The notes: generated by a model from the letters alone, not told the origin. A stretch of DNA of 64,000 nt from Candidatus Poribacteria bacterium (GCA_965215265.1 OZ244048.1:4416001-4480000); one strand, 5' to 3'. Counted from the stretch's first letter, positions 48,629 through 59,911 are shown. Numbers and translations are program-made.

Positions 48629-50485
48629 TTATTGTGACAGGGCTGAAATATTCGACACTTGCGTATCACTGAGATCCAACTTTTTCAAGTTGGTGAGGCC
48701 TGACAGTGCCGAGACATCCGACACTTGCGTACCCCCGAGATCCAGCTCTTCCAAACTAGTGAGCTCTGACAGTGCCGAGATATCCGACACTTGCGTACCC
48801 CCGAGATCCAGCTCTTCCAAACTAGTGAGCTCTGACAGTGCCGAGATATCCGACACTTGCGTTCCCCCGAGATCCAGCTCTTCCAAACTAGTGAGCTCTG
48901 ACAGAGGCGAGATATCTTCTACCGCCGCACCCGCAAGATTCAGCGTTTCTAAGTTGGTTGCGGATTGAAGGAAAGTCAGATCGCTAACGTCTGAGCCACC
49001 TAAATCGAGGCTTGTCAAGCGGAGCATATCTGCCACGGTGACAGACCTCGTCGCGGAGATGTTGAGTGTCTCCTCTATTTTCGCACGGAGCGCCGGAGAT
49101 GGAATGTTCACCACCGTTTGAGGTATGTGTGTCCCGCTGTTTGTTACCCCAAAACCTACCACTCTCAAGTTGGTGAGGTGTGACAGTGCTGAGATATCCG
49201 ACACTGGCGTATTAGTGATATCCAGCGTTATCAAGTTGATGAGGCTTGCCAGTGCCGAGATATCCGACACTCGCGTATTATCGAGATACAGCCTTATCAA
49301 GTTGGTGAGGTTTGCCAGCGGCGAGATATCCGACACTGGCGTTCCCCTGAGATACAGCGTTATCAAGTTGATGAGGCTTGCCAGTGCCGAGATATCCGAC
49401 ACTTGCGTTCCCCCGAGATCCAGCCATGTCAATCTGGTGAGGTTTGCCAGCGGCGAGATATCCGACACTTGCGTACCCCTGAGATCCAGCCTTGTCAAGT
49501 TGGTGAGGTTTGCCAGCGGCGAGAAATCCGACACTTGCGTCCTCGGGAGCTCCAGCGATGTCAAGTTGGTGAGGTTTGCCAGCGGCGAGATATCCGACAC
49601 TTGCGTAACGCTGAGATCCAGCCTTGTCAAGTTGGTGAGGTTTGACAGTGCCGAGATATCCGACACTCGCGTACTCTGGAGATTCAGCGTTATCAAGTTG
49701 GTGAAAGTTGACAGCAGCGAGAAATCCAACACTCGCGTACCCCTGAGATTCAGATATTCTAAGTTGGTGAGGGTTGCCAGCGGCGAGATATCCGACACTT
49801 CCGTACTCTCGAGAATCAGCTCTACCAAGTTGGTGAGGTTTGACAGTGCCGAGATATCCGACACTCGCGTACTAAGGAGATCCAGCCCTGTCAAGTTGGT
49901 GAGGTTTGCCAGCGGCAAGATATCCGACACTTGCGTACCCCTGAGAATCAGCGTTTCCAAGTTGGTGAGGTTTGACAGTGCCGAGATATCCGACACTTCC
50001 GTACTCTCGAGCTCCAGCTCTACCAAGTTGGTGAGGTTTGACAGTGCCGAGATATCCGACACTTGCGTAACCCCGAGCTCCAGCGTTGTCAAGTTGGTGA
50101 GGTTTGACAGTGCCGAGATATCCGACACTTGCGTTCCCCCGAGATACAGCGTTGTCAAGTTGGTTGCGGATTCAAGTCCTGTCAGATTGCTAACGTTTGA
50201 TTCCCTTAGATCGAGGACTGTCAAGCGGAGCATATCTGCCTGGGTGACAGCCGTCCCAGCGGCGATGCCGAGTGTCTCCTTGATTTCCGCAAGGAGCGCC
50301 GCATCCGGAATGTTCACTACTGGACTTTGGCTTACTGCCAGGGGGGCAATGAGTAACGAAAGCGTGATGCAAAATAGAATGGAACAGGTTAAGGGGTGTT
50401 TGTAAACGGCATAACAAGCGCAGCGATGAATAATAGAACTAAAACACTTAACATGTATAGGGGGGGGGTGAATTCTTCTCTTCAT
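48629..50485 (-). CDS. Internalin-like leucine-rich-repeat surface protein
   Basis: Signal region, two VVNIP...cap domains, ~20 22-aa LRRs (LTNLxxLxLxxTQVSDISAL); ends abruptly mid-repeat. Confidence 0.9.
   Translation of the reverse strand: MKRRIHPPPIHVKCFSSIIHRCACYAVYKHPLTCSILFCITLSLLIAPLAVSQSPVVNIPDAALLAEIKETLGIAAGTAVTQADMLRLTVLDLRESNVSNLTGLESATNLTTLYLGGTQVSDISALSNLTNLTTLELGVTQVSDISALSNLTNLVELELESTEVSDISALSNLTNLETLILRGTQVSDILPLANLTNLTGLDLLSTRVSDISALSNLTNLVELILESTEVSDISPLATLTNLEYLNLRGTRVLDFSLLSTFTNLITLNLQSTRVSDISALSNLTNLTRLDLSVTQVSDISPLANLTNLTSLELPRTQVSDFSPLANLTNLTRLDLRGTQVSDISPLANLTRLTWLDLGGTQVSDISALASLINLITLYLRGTPVSDISPLANLTNLIRLYLDNTRVSDISALASLINLITLDITNTPVSDISALSHLTNLRVVGFGVTNSGTHIPQTVVNIPSPALRAKIEETLNISATRSVTVADMLRLTSLDLGGSDVSDLTFLQSATNLETLNLAGAAVEDISPLSELTSLEELDLGGTQVSDISALSELTSLEELDLGGTQVSDISALSELTSLEELDLGGTQVSDVSALSGLTNLKKLDLSDTQVSNISALSQ
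49165..50165 (-). repeat. 66-bp coding tandem repeats (~15 LRR units)
   Basis: GAGATATCCGACAC recurs every 66 bp; a second block lies at ~48640-48960. Confidence 0.9.
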
Positions 50486-50780
50486 ATTATCTAATACCTC
50501 GTTATTCTTTATCCCGTTAGGATATAAACTTTACTTTATAGTTCGGACTAAGTTTCCGAACAGACTACGTTTTCAACACTTTTTGCCAATTCGTAAGACG
50601 TGCACACAGGTGTTCAAGAAAAGGAAATCGTATTTGTGAGTCACTTTCCAAAAAATCAAGTGCATTCACAAACTCTCAACGGACACGTCCATTCATTCTT
50701 TCACTTTTAAAGAACACTTTTGCTCTCTTCGCAAAAGGTTATTTGATTTATATAAATTATACCTCAAGAAGAAGTGTTTG

Positions 50781-51506
50781 TCAAATTAAAAATATGTGGA
50801 ATATAGCAAGGTGAAGAAAGAGGATACCATCAAAGGATATGAGACAGAGAGTTGCGGTAATCTCTACGCCAGGGTATGAGAGCACTCTCTCATCTAAGTG
50901 TTCTTGTGCTGTCAGTAAAACAAAAGCGAAAGCGGCTCTTTTACCTTCCCGCTGCTCAAGGATTTTTCTGCCAATCGGTTTAAAAGCCAGTACGTGGCCG
51001 AGGCGGAAGGGTTTGCCTGGCTGTAGTAACGGATACCTGTCCTTACCACGCTGACTGGCTTCACTTGCCCAACTCGAGGTAGCGATGTGATGAATGACGT
51101 ACTGTTCATCATCGGTTATCTCCTCAGCGCTTGGGATGTTCAGATATTCTTGACAGAATTTGAGGTAACGATCTTTAGGGGGCATTACCCGTTTATCGAA
51201 ATCGTGGATATCTAAAAACGGAGCAAATTTTGGGTAGGTTTTCGCTAAGAAGTTGAGGTACTCCGCGCTCGTTTCGAGCGTATTCAGCGTGATGCCGTTA
51301 GGATTCCTCCGAAACCGGCCCACTATCGCCGCGCGAGCCTCTAAATACACATCCTCTACGGCATAAAGCGGCACCTCCCTGCGTACGATACTCATCATAA
51401 GCAGTCTATACTTGGCAATGAGTTCTACGAGGGCGGTATCGTCCCTTTTTTGGATGTGTTCAAGTAAGCGAGCGTCTAAATCCGTTGTCAAAGTTTCAGA
51501 GTTCAA
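50781..51506 (-). pseudogene. Probable chimeric remnant: ECF sigma region-2-like N-terminus fused to an unrelated fragment
   Basis: DARLLEHIQKRDDTALVELIAKY...VEDV resembles ECF sigma N-termini; no region 4. Confidence 0.45.
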
Positions 51507-52275
51507 GTGATATTCTTAAGGTGTCGGAAAAAGTGGAACCGGTCACGCCGTCTTAGAACGGATTAAGTTTGTGGCGGTGAGTTCCCGTTTTTTCACATCT
51601 GGCGATTTCCCGCTCGTATTTTTCTGCGCCTTTCATACAGCAAGACGTAAAAAAAGGCAAACCGGGTCGAACAAAAGACCTTTTTTTCGGAGAAATCCTC
51701 ATTTTTCAACATTTTCTGCTAAAAAAATGCGAATTGGGGTTGCGCGTTTTTTAGTCTATAGGGACTAAAGAATCCTCCAGATAACCGACGCTGTGCCGCA
51801 GGACGGAACGCTTTCAACCTCAATTTCCTACCCTATCCTGAGCAGGCGACAACATTGATCGGAAAAAACTGGTCTCTGAAATTTTCGTTGTATAAATTCA
51901 CAAGTTGTGCTATATTTAACCATGCGGTTTTTACGGATTCAGCACAGCTGACAGGTGCTATTTCTATAGAATACCATGAAATCTTTTATGTGTGCAATGT
52001 TTTTTTTAATCGATAATCCCGGTTCTTTACTCTAACCTAAGTTGCCACGAATCTTTAAATCGCATTTTTATATTTGTGGCGATGTGAAATAAAAAGAGCT
52101 GGCGGCGACAAGGGCGGTAGTCATCACTTCTGCATCTGTCATCTGTGTTTGTGGATGCGCTTGATGTCCGAGTGAGAGTAAAAGAGCGGCACAAAGGGTA
52201 TAAACTGCTGCAATAGTTAGGTCCATGGGCGCTGCTTTGGTTTTATTGTGATATAAACACTATAAAGGAAAACCC

Positions 52276-52476
52276 ATGGATTTACAACTTTTTTATAGGT
52301 GGCAACTTAGGTTAACGTTGAAGCGACAAGTTGATGAAATTGATGAACTGATAGTCGAGTATGAAATTCAATTACATAACCTGGAGATAGAATCGCAGAT
52401 CGCCTATGAGGTTTCAGAGGCTGCCTTAGCACTGTTTCAAAAACGGTTTGAAGAATTCAAGGCGAGTTGTGACTAA
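52276..52476 (+). CDS. Small coiled-coil hypothetical protein
   Basis: AAGGA RBS, 66 aa. Confidence 0.55.
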   Translation: MDLQLFYRWQLRLTLKRQVDEIDELIVEYEIQLHNLEIESQIAYEVSEAALALFQKRFEEFKASCD

Positions 52477-52518
52477 GGCTTGAACAAAATGACGCGAAAA
52501 TCTGATAAGAGTGAACGG

Positions 52519-53487
52519 ATGAAATATCTTGTTACCGGGTGTGCCGGCTTCATCGGATGGAAAGTGAGTCAATTTTTGCTTGCCGATGGCCACACCGTCG
52601 TTGGGGTGGATAACCTAAACGATGCTTATGATGTGACAGTCAAGCAGTGGAGACTCACGCAACTCCAAGAAAACTCGAATTTTGAGTTTCACCCTTCCGA
52701 TATTTGCGATAGGAGTACATTAACGGCGATATTTAAGACACCTTTTGATGCGGTTATTAATCTCGCCGCGCGTGCCGGTGTCCGACAATCTGTTGAAAAC
52801 CCGTGGGTTTACGTAGAGACGAACGTCACAGGCACGTTGAATCTGCTTGAGTGCTGCCGGGAGTTTGATGTGAAGAAATTCATACTCGCTTCCACCTCAA
52901 GCCTCTACGGAGCTAATAATCCCCTCCCATTCAGTGAAGAATCGAACACAGACGGACCCTTGTCCCCTTACGCTGCATCCAAAAAAGGGGCAGAGGCACT
53001 TTGCCATAGTTACCACCATCTCTATGGGGTTGACGTGACGATATTCCGTTTTTTTACCGTCTACGGGCCAGCTGGACGGCCAGATATGAGTGCGTTCCGA
53101 TTCGTCCAATGGATTAGCGAAGAACAGCCCGTCACGGTTTATGGGGATGGGCAACAGTCCTCGCGGGATTATACCTACGTTGAGGATATTGCCCGGGGGG
53201 TCATCGCCGGACTCGAACCGCTCGGTTACGAGGTTATCAACCTCGGTTCGGATAGCCCCGTTGTATTAATAGAGACCATTCGCTTGATAGAGGAGCTCGT
53301 CGGCAAAAAAGCGAAACTTGAACATCATCCGTTTCATCCTGCCGATGTCCGAGCGACGTGGGCAGATATCCGAAAAGCCGAACGCCTCTTAGGATGGCAC
53401 CCGCGGGTCACGTTTCACCAAGGTATATCCGCATTGGTTGCGTGGTACCAGCAAAATCGCACGTGGGTAAAGGACGTTCAAACCTGA
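52519..53487 (+). CDS. NAD-dependent epimerase (UDP-glucuronate 4-epimerase-like)
   Basis: TGCAGFIG, LAARAGVR, YAASK, RFFTVYGPAGRPDM. Confidence 0.9.
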   Translation: MKYLVTGCAGFIGWKVSQFLLADGHTVVGVDNLNDAYDVTVKQWRLTQLQENSNFEFHPSDICDRSTLTAIFKTPFDAVINLAARAGVRQSVENPWVYVETNVTGTLNLLECCREFDVKKFILASTSSLYGANNPLPFSEESNTDGPLSPYAASKKGAEALCHSYHHLYGVDVTIFRFFTVYGPAGRPDMSAFRFVQWISEEQPVTVYGDGQQSSRDYTYVEDIARGVIAGLEPLGYEVINLGSDSPVVLIETIRLIEELVGKKAKLEHHPFHPADVRATWADIRKAERLLGWHPRVTFHQGISALVAWYQQNRTWVKDVQT

Positions 53488-53494
53488 GTTGGGT

Positions 53495-54499
53495 TCATAC
53501 AAAAAGCACCCACATCGGATTTTCACCTACTGCATAGTTCTCAAGGGGCGAGAGCGCCCCGGTCTGTTGATTAATTCGGTAGGTAGCGATTCTGCCTGAG
53601 CCTTGCCCTCCGACAAATAGGAAGTTCCCTGTCCCGTCAATGTTGAAAACCCGCGGTGTCGGCTCTGTCAGTTGGTGCCCCGTAGTTGTTATTTCGCCGC
53701 TCTTTTCGTCAATTGCGAAGCCCGCAATGCTATCGTGCCCTCGGTTAGAAACGTACAGGAACCTTGCATCTGGCGTTAGGTGAATCTGAGCACAGGTATT
53801 TCCTTCTTCAAAGTCTGCTGGCAGTGTAGAAACCGTTCGCAGATGCCGCAGGTAGCCCTCGTCTTCGATGAGTTCGTAAGTACTCATGCTGGAGCCCTGT
53901 TCATCTGAAAAGTAAAGCACCGGTTTATCAGGATGAAAGCAGTAATGGCGTGGTCCAATTGGCGTATCCGGATTGAAATGTCCGCGGCTGTTTTCAGTCA
54001 GTGCCCCCGTATCTTCCGAGAAGTAAAACTGGTAGATAGCGTTCCGCGGTACGGTGTGTGGCACGAAAACAAACCGATTTGACGCATCTGTCTCAATACA
54101 ATGCGCGTGCGGTGCTGTCGCAACCGTGTGGACTGGTTCGCCTTGAACAGTTTTATCCTCACCAATTGCATGGACGGTAACTTTGCCTGCCCCATAATAA
54201 GCAGAGAGCAGAAAATTGCCTGTGTTATCCGTTGAAATATAGCACGTATCCGCATCAAGCACAATCGTTCGTAGGTGGGTAAGGCGCTTCGCTTGCTCCG
54301 CAATGCGGAAACTCGCAATTTCACGACTGGATCGAAGCCCCGCGTACAGGTAGTTACCACATGGCGAGAGGGCTAAGGGCCCGGGAGACCCGCTGACATT
54401 AACATTTTCCTGAAATTCAATCTCGCCACTCGCTGCATTGAACATATAGATGGCGATTCTATTCTCTCCAGCAATTGAAAAATAAACGTGAGTTTGCAT
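53495..54499 (-). CDS. pgl: 6-phosphogluconolactonase-family beta-propeller lactonase
   Basis: HAH, GPRH, YVSNRGHDSIA, PR motifs. Confidence 0.8.
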   Translation of the reverse strand: MQTHVYFSIAGENRIAIYMFNAASGEIEFQENVNVSGSPGPLALSPCGNYLYAGLRSSREIASFRIAEQAKRLTHLRTIVLDADTCYISTDNTGNFLLSAYYGAGKVTVHAIGEDKTVQGEPVHTVATAPHAHCIETDASNRFVFVPHTVPRNAIYQFYFSEDTGALTENSRGHFNPDTPIGPRHYCFHPDKPVLYFSDEQGSSMSTYELIEDEGYLRHLRTVSTLPADFEEGNTCAQIHLTPDARFLYVSNRGHDSIAGFAIDEKSGEITTTGHQLTEPTPRVFNIDGTGNFLFVGGQGSGRIATYRINQQTGALSPLENYAVGENPMWVLFV

Positions 54500-54590
54500 G
54501 TTAGTTCCTTTTTTGTAAGCAGCCCAGGCATGGTGCTTTTGGTGCGAAATTCAGACTGCTAATTCGTTGGAGACTTTATGGCACGAAACT

Positions 54591-55760
54591 TTACAAGTAC
54601 TCAAAGATGCCTGCAGCTCCCATGCCGCCCCCGACACACATCGTTACCATACCGTACCGGTGATTTTGTCTACGCATTTCGTTGAGCAAACTCACCGTCA
54701 GCTTTGTTCCAGTGCAACCAAGCGGATGCCCCAGTGCAATCGCGCCACCGTTGGGGTTAACCTTGTCCAATGGCAGTCCTGCTTCCTGAATCACAGCGAG
54801 GGCTTGCACAGCGAATGCCTCGTTGAGTTCAATGACATCTATATCCTCCAGCGTTAATCCGGCTGATTTCAGTGCCTTGGGAATTGCAGAGACGGGCCCG
54901 ATTCCCATAATTTCGGGCGGAACGCCGGCAGTGGCGTAACTCACAAAACGGGCTAAGGGTGTGCATTTCTCTGCCTGCGCGCGTGCCTCGGACATCAAGA
55001 CCACCGCAGCCGCACCGTCGCTCATCTGTGAGGCGTTGCCAGCTGTCACAGTTCCTGTTTCGTGGAAAACAGGTTTAAGCGATGCCAATGTTTCTAACGA
55101 CGTATCCCGGCGCACACCCTCGTCTACGTGAAAACCTACGCAATCCGAGCTGCTTTCCAATAGTACTGTGACAGGCACAATTTCAGAATTGAAATTGCCT
55201 GCATCAACTGCCTTAATAGCTTTCCGATGGCTCTCCAAGGCGAATTCGTCTTGTGCTGCTCGCGAGATATTGTACTTATGCACAAGGTTTTCTGCTGTGA
55301 GCCCCATGCTCAGATAAGCCTCCGGTGCATGTTCCATCAAATAAGGATTCGGCGACAAGTTCGCAGCAAACGGCACGAGACTCATGCTCTCTGTGCCCCC
55401 CGCTACAACTACCTCCGCGCGCCCTGACAAAATTCGCTCAGCTCCCATCGCTATTGATTCCAATCCGGATGCACAGAATCGATTCAGTGTCATTGCCGGT
55501 ACCGAGACAGGGAGTTTCGCCCGTAAACTGGCAATTCGAGCTACGTTGTAACCTTGCGTGCCCTCGGGCGACGCACACCCGAGGATGACATCGTCTATTG
55601 TCTCCAAATTGAGGTCCGGCAGCTTCTCTACTGCACTACGAATAACCACAGCCGCGAGTTCATCTGGACGTGTATTTTTCAGCGTACCTCTGCCTGCTTT
55701 TCCAACGGCGGTTCGCACTGCGGATACGATAACCACGTTTTTATCTCTGTTTCCAAACAT
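54591..55760 (-). CDS. Acetyl-CoA C-acyltransferase (thiolase)
   Basis: [28 protein letters not shown]. Confidence 0.95.
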   Translation of the reverse strand: MFGNRDKNVVIVSAVRTAVGKAGRGTLKNTRPDELAAVVIRSAVEKLPDLNLETIDDVILGCASPEGTQGYNVARIASLRAKLPVSVPAMTLNRFCASGLESIAMGAERILSGRAEVVVAGGTESMSLVPFAANLSPNPYLMEHAPEAYLSMGLTAENLVHKYNISRAAQDEFALESHRKAIKAVDAGNFNSEIVPVTVLLESSSDCVGFHVDEGVRRDTSLETLASLKPVFHETGTVTAGNASQMSDGAAAVVLMSEARAQAEKCTPLARFVSYATAGVPPEIMGIGPVSAIPKALKSAGLTLEDIDVIELNEAFAVQALAVIQEAGLPLDKVNPNGGAIALGHPLGCTGTKLTVSLLNEMRRQNHRYGMVTMCVGGGMGAAGIFEYL

Positions 55761-55892
55761 AACACATTTTCCTCAGCGTGAATGTCGGACTTTCGATCTT
55801 TTTGGAGATGCGAGCGATAAGACGGCCTGGCAGTAAGTTCCCATGTCCATCTTGTCAAAGTCTCTTTGGTTAATGTAGATGTACTTTATGCT

Positions 55893-57194
55893 TCACTCGT
55901 TCGAACTTTTTTCGCTTAGCTTTTTTATTTTTTCCGAATAACGACGAAACCGTGTCAGATAATTCCCTAACTCATCTTGGATACGCCGCGCACGCGTCGC
56001 CGGCCCAATATAGTGGCTAATGAAGATGCAAAAGGCTAACACCTCACCATCCGCTGTAATAGTGTAACCAGCAAGAGCAGAGACACCGCTTAATGTTCCT
56101 GTTTTTGCCCGAAGCAGCTTCTCAGCCCGCATCCCTTTCATCCGATTCTTTAATGTTCCATCAACCCCAGCAATCGGCATCGATGATAAGTATTCAGGCA
56201 TGATTTCAAAATTGTCGTAAACGGCAACAAGCAAATCCGTCAACAATTCAGCGTTAACCAAATTGTAACGAGACAATCCAGAACCGTCAAAGATCCGAAA
56301 CGCAGAGGTATTCTCATGACCTATTTCCGATAAAAATTCGGTGATAACCTCTTTCCCTTTTTGCCATGTTCCCGGCTCCCCTTTCACTTCAGCACCGAGC
56401 GTTTTAAAAAGCAGTTCAGCAATACTGTTATTGCTCGGTTTATTCATCCGCCTGAGAATCTCAGCAAGTGGCGGCGATCGATGTGTCTCAAGCGTGGTTA
56501 CAGTTGATGGAACCGTTCCGAGAGAAACCTCTCCATTGACGATAATGCCACTTTGTGTCAGCAGCCTCTCCAACACGAGTCCACACGCAACGGCGCGCCC
56601 TATATCTGGGTTTTCAGGCGAACTTCCGTGGAGAGCCAAAGCACTCAATCGAAGTGGTTTATCATCCCACATCCATCCGGGCCCCTCCCGCACCGTGTCG
56701 AGGTAACTCTCATCAACGACGATATCACCCTTTATCAACTTTACGTCAGCGTCTATTAACGCATGAATCAATTTCGCCAAGTCGTTCTCTTGAAATACCG
56801 GATCTGACCTGCCTTTGAGATAGATATTTCCGGCGACGCATCCATCTACAATAGGAACCTCAGCATAAAGTGTTGTTTCAAACCGATAGTCTGGTGTCAA
56901 TTTCGCCAAAGCCGCAGCCGCTGTTATGAGTTTCATTGTCGAAGCAGGATGGTGTAACTTGTGAACGTTCTTGCCATAAAGTTCTTCTCCTGTCTTCACA
57001 GAAACAACCTTGATGCCGATATGTGCTGCTGTGAAAAGTGAATCCAACAAAACACTGTCAAGTTGGGCATGTAACCTTTTGAGTGAGTCTGCAGGGATTG
57101 CTGGGGGTTGACTTGCACTAGGCTTCGTCGTAGAAATCCCGCAGCTTGATAGGTGCACTACACAACAGCACAAAAAAATAGCAGAAGTTTTCAT
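55893..57194 (-). CDS. dacB: D-alanyl-D-alanine carboxypeptidase/endopeptidase (PBP4, S13)
   Basis: PASTMK (SxxK), SNN, DGSGLSR, KTGTL. Confidence 0.92.
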   Translation of the reverse strand: MKTSAIFLCCCVVHLSSCGISTTKPSASQPPAIPADSLKRLHAQLDSVLLDSLFTAAHIGIKVVSVKTGEELYGKNVHKLHHPASTMKLITAAAALAKLTPDYRFETTLYAEVPIVDGCVAGNIYLKGRSDPVFQENDLAKLIHALIDADVKLIKGDIVVDESYLDTVREGPGWMWDDKPLRLSALALHGSSPENPDIGRAVACGLVLERLLTQSGIIVNGEVSLGTVPSTVTTLETHRSPPLAEILRRMNKPSNNSIAELLFKTLGAEVKGEPGTWQKGKEVITEFLSEIGHENTSAFRIFDGSGLSRYNLVNAELLTDLLVAVYDNFEIMPEYLSSMPIAGVDGTLKNRMKGMRAEKLLRAKTGTLSGVSALAGYTITADGEVLAFCIFISHYIGPATRARRIQDELGNYLTRFRRYSEKIKKLSEKSSNE

Positions 57195-57429
57195 AAATGT
57201 TTATGATAACACATTTATCTCAATTAGAAAAGAGAAACATAAACGGAGGTACTACTGTTCAAAAATGTTAAAATTAAACGGATTTTAGGGCACTAGGGTA
57301 TGACATGACATTAGAGCATTCCCATTAAACCGTAAATTCAAAATGTTTTCAAGACAGAAAGTGTCAAAAATAGACAAAAAGGTTAAATAAAATTTCAATT
57401 GTTCTGTGGCATTGAATGCTTAACTGAAT

Positions 57430-57458
57430 TTGACTTTTGCACTGAGACATGTTAAAAT
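57430..57458 (+). promoter_or_regulatory. Sigma70 promoter of cimA
   Basis: TTGACT-17 nt-TAAAAT with TG extension. Confidence 0.6.
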
Positions 57459-57571
57459 AGTAGTAGTACTTAATAAGGATTTTGTCAGGGGATTCAATTG
57501 TGAACCCGTGGCATAATTTCAAAACCTGCATATTTTGTTGGCGTTAGTAGAAGGAGACACCGGATTTCAAA

Positions 57572-59146
57572 ATGGTTGAATTTTATGATACAACGCTCAG
57601 GGACGGTAGCCAAGCCGAAGGCGTGGCGTTTTCCGTTGAAGATAAACTTATTATCATAGAAGCATTGGACCAATTAGGTATACACTATATTGAAGGTGGG
57701 TACCCCGGTTCCAATCCCAAAGATATAGAATTTTTTAAAAGGGCGAAAGAGTTAGTATTGGAAAACACCACGGTTGTGCCGTTCGGAAGCACACGGTATC
57801 CTACATATTCGCCTGATGAAGATCCAAACCTCTCAGCACTGCTTGAGACGGGTGCACGCACACTCACCATTTTTGGTAAAAGCTGGCGACTCCACGCCAC
57901 AGATGTTCTACGTGTGACTGCAGCCGATAACTTAGAATTAATTGAGGGCTCTGTCAGCTATCTTGTCGAGAACGGCCGCGAGGTGATTTACGATGCCGAG
58001 CATTTTTTTGACGGGTACGCCGATGACACTGACTATGCCTTGGAGACGGTGAGGGCAGCCGCAGCTGGAGGGGCGAAATGTATTGTTCTCTGTGATACGA
58101 ACGGCGGCAGATTGCCATTGGAAATTCAGGAGGGTGTCAAAGCAGCAATGGATGCTGTAGCACTTCCTATCGGTATCCACGCCCATAACGACGCAGGCAT
58201 GGGCGCTGCGAATTCTGTATTGGCTGTACAAGCCGGGGCAAACCACGTACAAGGCACCTTCAACGGCTACGGAGAACGCTGTGGAAATGCGAATCTCGCT
58301 TCCATCATCCCTACAATTCAACTCAAATTAGGAATAGAATGCCTCACTGAAACGCAATTGAAGGCGTTAACGAGCGTTTCGCGTCTTATCAGCGAATTGG
58401 CGAATCTGCCTCACGACGAACGCCAACCTTACGTTGGACGTTCAGCGTTCGCGCATAAGGGCGGTTTACATACAGATGCTATCCGTAAAAACCGGTTAAC
58501 CTACGAACATATCCAGCCTGAACGCGTCGGAAATACGCAACGCATTCTTATCTCCGATCAGGCGGGACGTGGGACGATTATAAAAAAGATTGAGAAAGAA
58601 TATCCGAATTACGATAAGAATTCACCTGAAGTCCGCCAACTCTTTGAGAACCTCAAAGCAGCGGAACAAGAAGGGTATCAGTACGAGGCTGCCGAAGCCT
58701 CTTTTGAACTTCTTACACGCAGTGTCTTTCACGGATACGAGGCTTTTTTTCACCAGCCCGGTTTCCGCGTCATTGTCGAGAAATTCGGTGACAGATTGCT
58801 GCGCTCCGAAGCGACTGTAAAAGTTACAACACCAGATGGCATCACAATGCACACCGCCGCAGATGGGGACGGACCTGTTAACGCCCTTGATGCTGCACTT
58901 CGGAAGGCATTAGAACAGTTCTACCCCTCTCTACAAACCATCCGACTGATGGATTACAAAGTCCGAGTACTCAATACCAAAGCTGGAACCGGTGCCAAAA
59001 TTCGCGTGCTGATTGAATCCAGCGACGGAGAAATGACGTGGAGAACCGTCGGAGTTTCAGACAATATCATCTCTGCTAGCTGCGAAGCACTCATAGACAG
59101 CTTCGAATACAAACTTTATAAAGACCCGGCGGCAGGAAAAAATTAG
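57572..59146 (+). CDS. cimA: Citramalate synthase
   Basis: DTTLRDGSQ, GYPGSNPKD, YDAEHFFDG, HAHND, YEAAEASFEL, LeuA-type regulatory domain. Confidence 0.92.
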   Translation: MVEFYDTTLRDGSQAEGVAFSVEDKLIIIEALDQLGIHYIEGGYPGSNPKDIEFFKRAKELVLENTTVVPFGSTRYPTYSPDEDPNLSALLETGARTLTIFGKSWRLHATDVLRVTAADNLELIEGSVSYLVENGREVIYDAEHFFDGYADDTDYALETVRAAAAGGAKCIVLCDTNGGRLPLEIQEGVKAAMDAVALPIGIHAHNDAGMGAANSVLAVQAGANHVQGTFNGYGERCGNANLASIIPTIQLKLGIECLTETQLKALTSVSRLISELANLPHDERQPYVGRSAFAHKGGLHTDAIRKNRLTYEHIQPERVGNTQRILISDQAGRGTIIKKIEKEYPNYDKNSPEVRQLFENLKAAEQEGYQYEAAEASFELLTRSVFHGYEAFFHQPGFRVIVEKFGDRLLRSEATVKVTTPDGITMHTAADGDGPVNALDAALRKALEQFYPSLQTIRLMDYKVRVLNTKAGTGAKIRVLIESSDGEMTWRTVGVSDNIISASCEALIDSFEYKLYKDPAAGKN

Positions 59147-59200
59147 CCAAAAGAGACTTTGGAACTTTACGCCGCCACATTCGCGATATGGAGGGATACG

Positions 59201-59761
59201 ATGGGGAGCTTAGCACAAATTCAAAAAGCCGCTGAGAGAATTATTGCTCTCTGCCGAAAGGAAAAGCTGACCAAAACAGACAAGAAAAAGATGTCGGTCC
59301 TACATGCCGACATTTTTACCGGCATCGAAAAACTTAACGAATGCGAATTCTGTGGTGCAATCAGCGACATCATCGCTACCTTGACACTCGCAGAGATAAC
59401 AGCAAAGTTGTGCAAAGAGTGTGGGGTGAAGGCATTAGAAACTGGCAAAATCCAGGCACCGACAAAAAGGGCATCCCGGAAACAGACTCGCCGCTCGAGA
59501 ACTTCTAAAACGACATCGAAATCTGAACCTGTCGATAAAGAACCTGAGAATCCGGGAGAGTTACACACCCGCGTCGAAGAGCAGACCGGCATCAAAAAAG
59601 CGGATGTAAAACGTTTACATAGAATTTTAACCGATATTGCAACCCCGATGAGCCGTGAACATACGCTCACCTATGTCCAACGCGAGGTAGAAAATGCTAA
59701 ACTAAAGGTTGAGCCACATACCTTGGAAAAAGCCGTTGAACTTTTGATGGCACCCGGTTAA
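59201..59761 (+). CDS. Hypothetical protein with CxxC...CxxC zinc-binding motif and basic linker
   Basis: GGAGG RBS, CEFC/CKEC. Confidence 0.7.
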   Translation: MGSLAQIQKAAERIIALCRKEKLTKTDKKKMSVLHADIFTGIEKLNECEFCGAISDIIATLTLAEITAKLCKECGVKALETGKIQAPTKRASRKQTRRSRTSKTTSKSEPVDKEPENPGELHTRVEEQTGIKKADVKRLHRILTDIATPMSREHTLTYVQREVENAKLKVEPHTLEKAVELLMAPG

Positions 59762-59882
59762 TGTATAAGACATGTTACTATCATCTACAAGGCATTTCTA
59801 CATTTAGGAGATGCTACATGTTCAAAATTCCGTGTGCCGCCACGACTTTGTCGAAAATAAACCGCACAGTTGAAAATATAAC

Positions 59883-59911
59883 TTGACAAATCGGATTCTA
59901 TGTGGTATTAT
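59883..59911 (+). promoter_or_regulatory. Sigma70 promoter of the ferredoxin pair
   Basis: TTGACA-17 nt-TATTAT with TG extension. Confidence 0.65.

Noticed and set aside
49125-50405. 426-aa + strand ORF
   Set aside because: Antisense shadow of the LRR repeats
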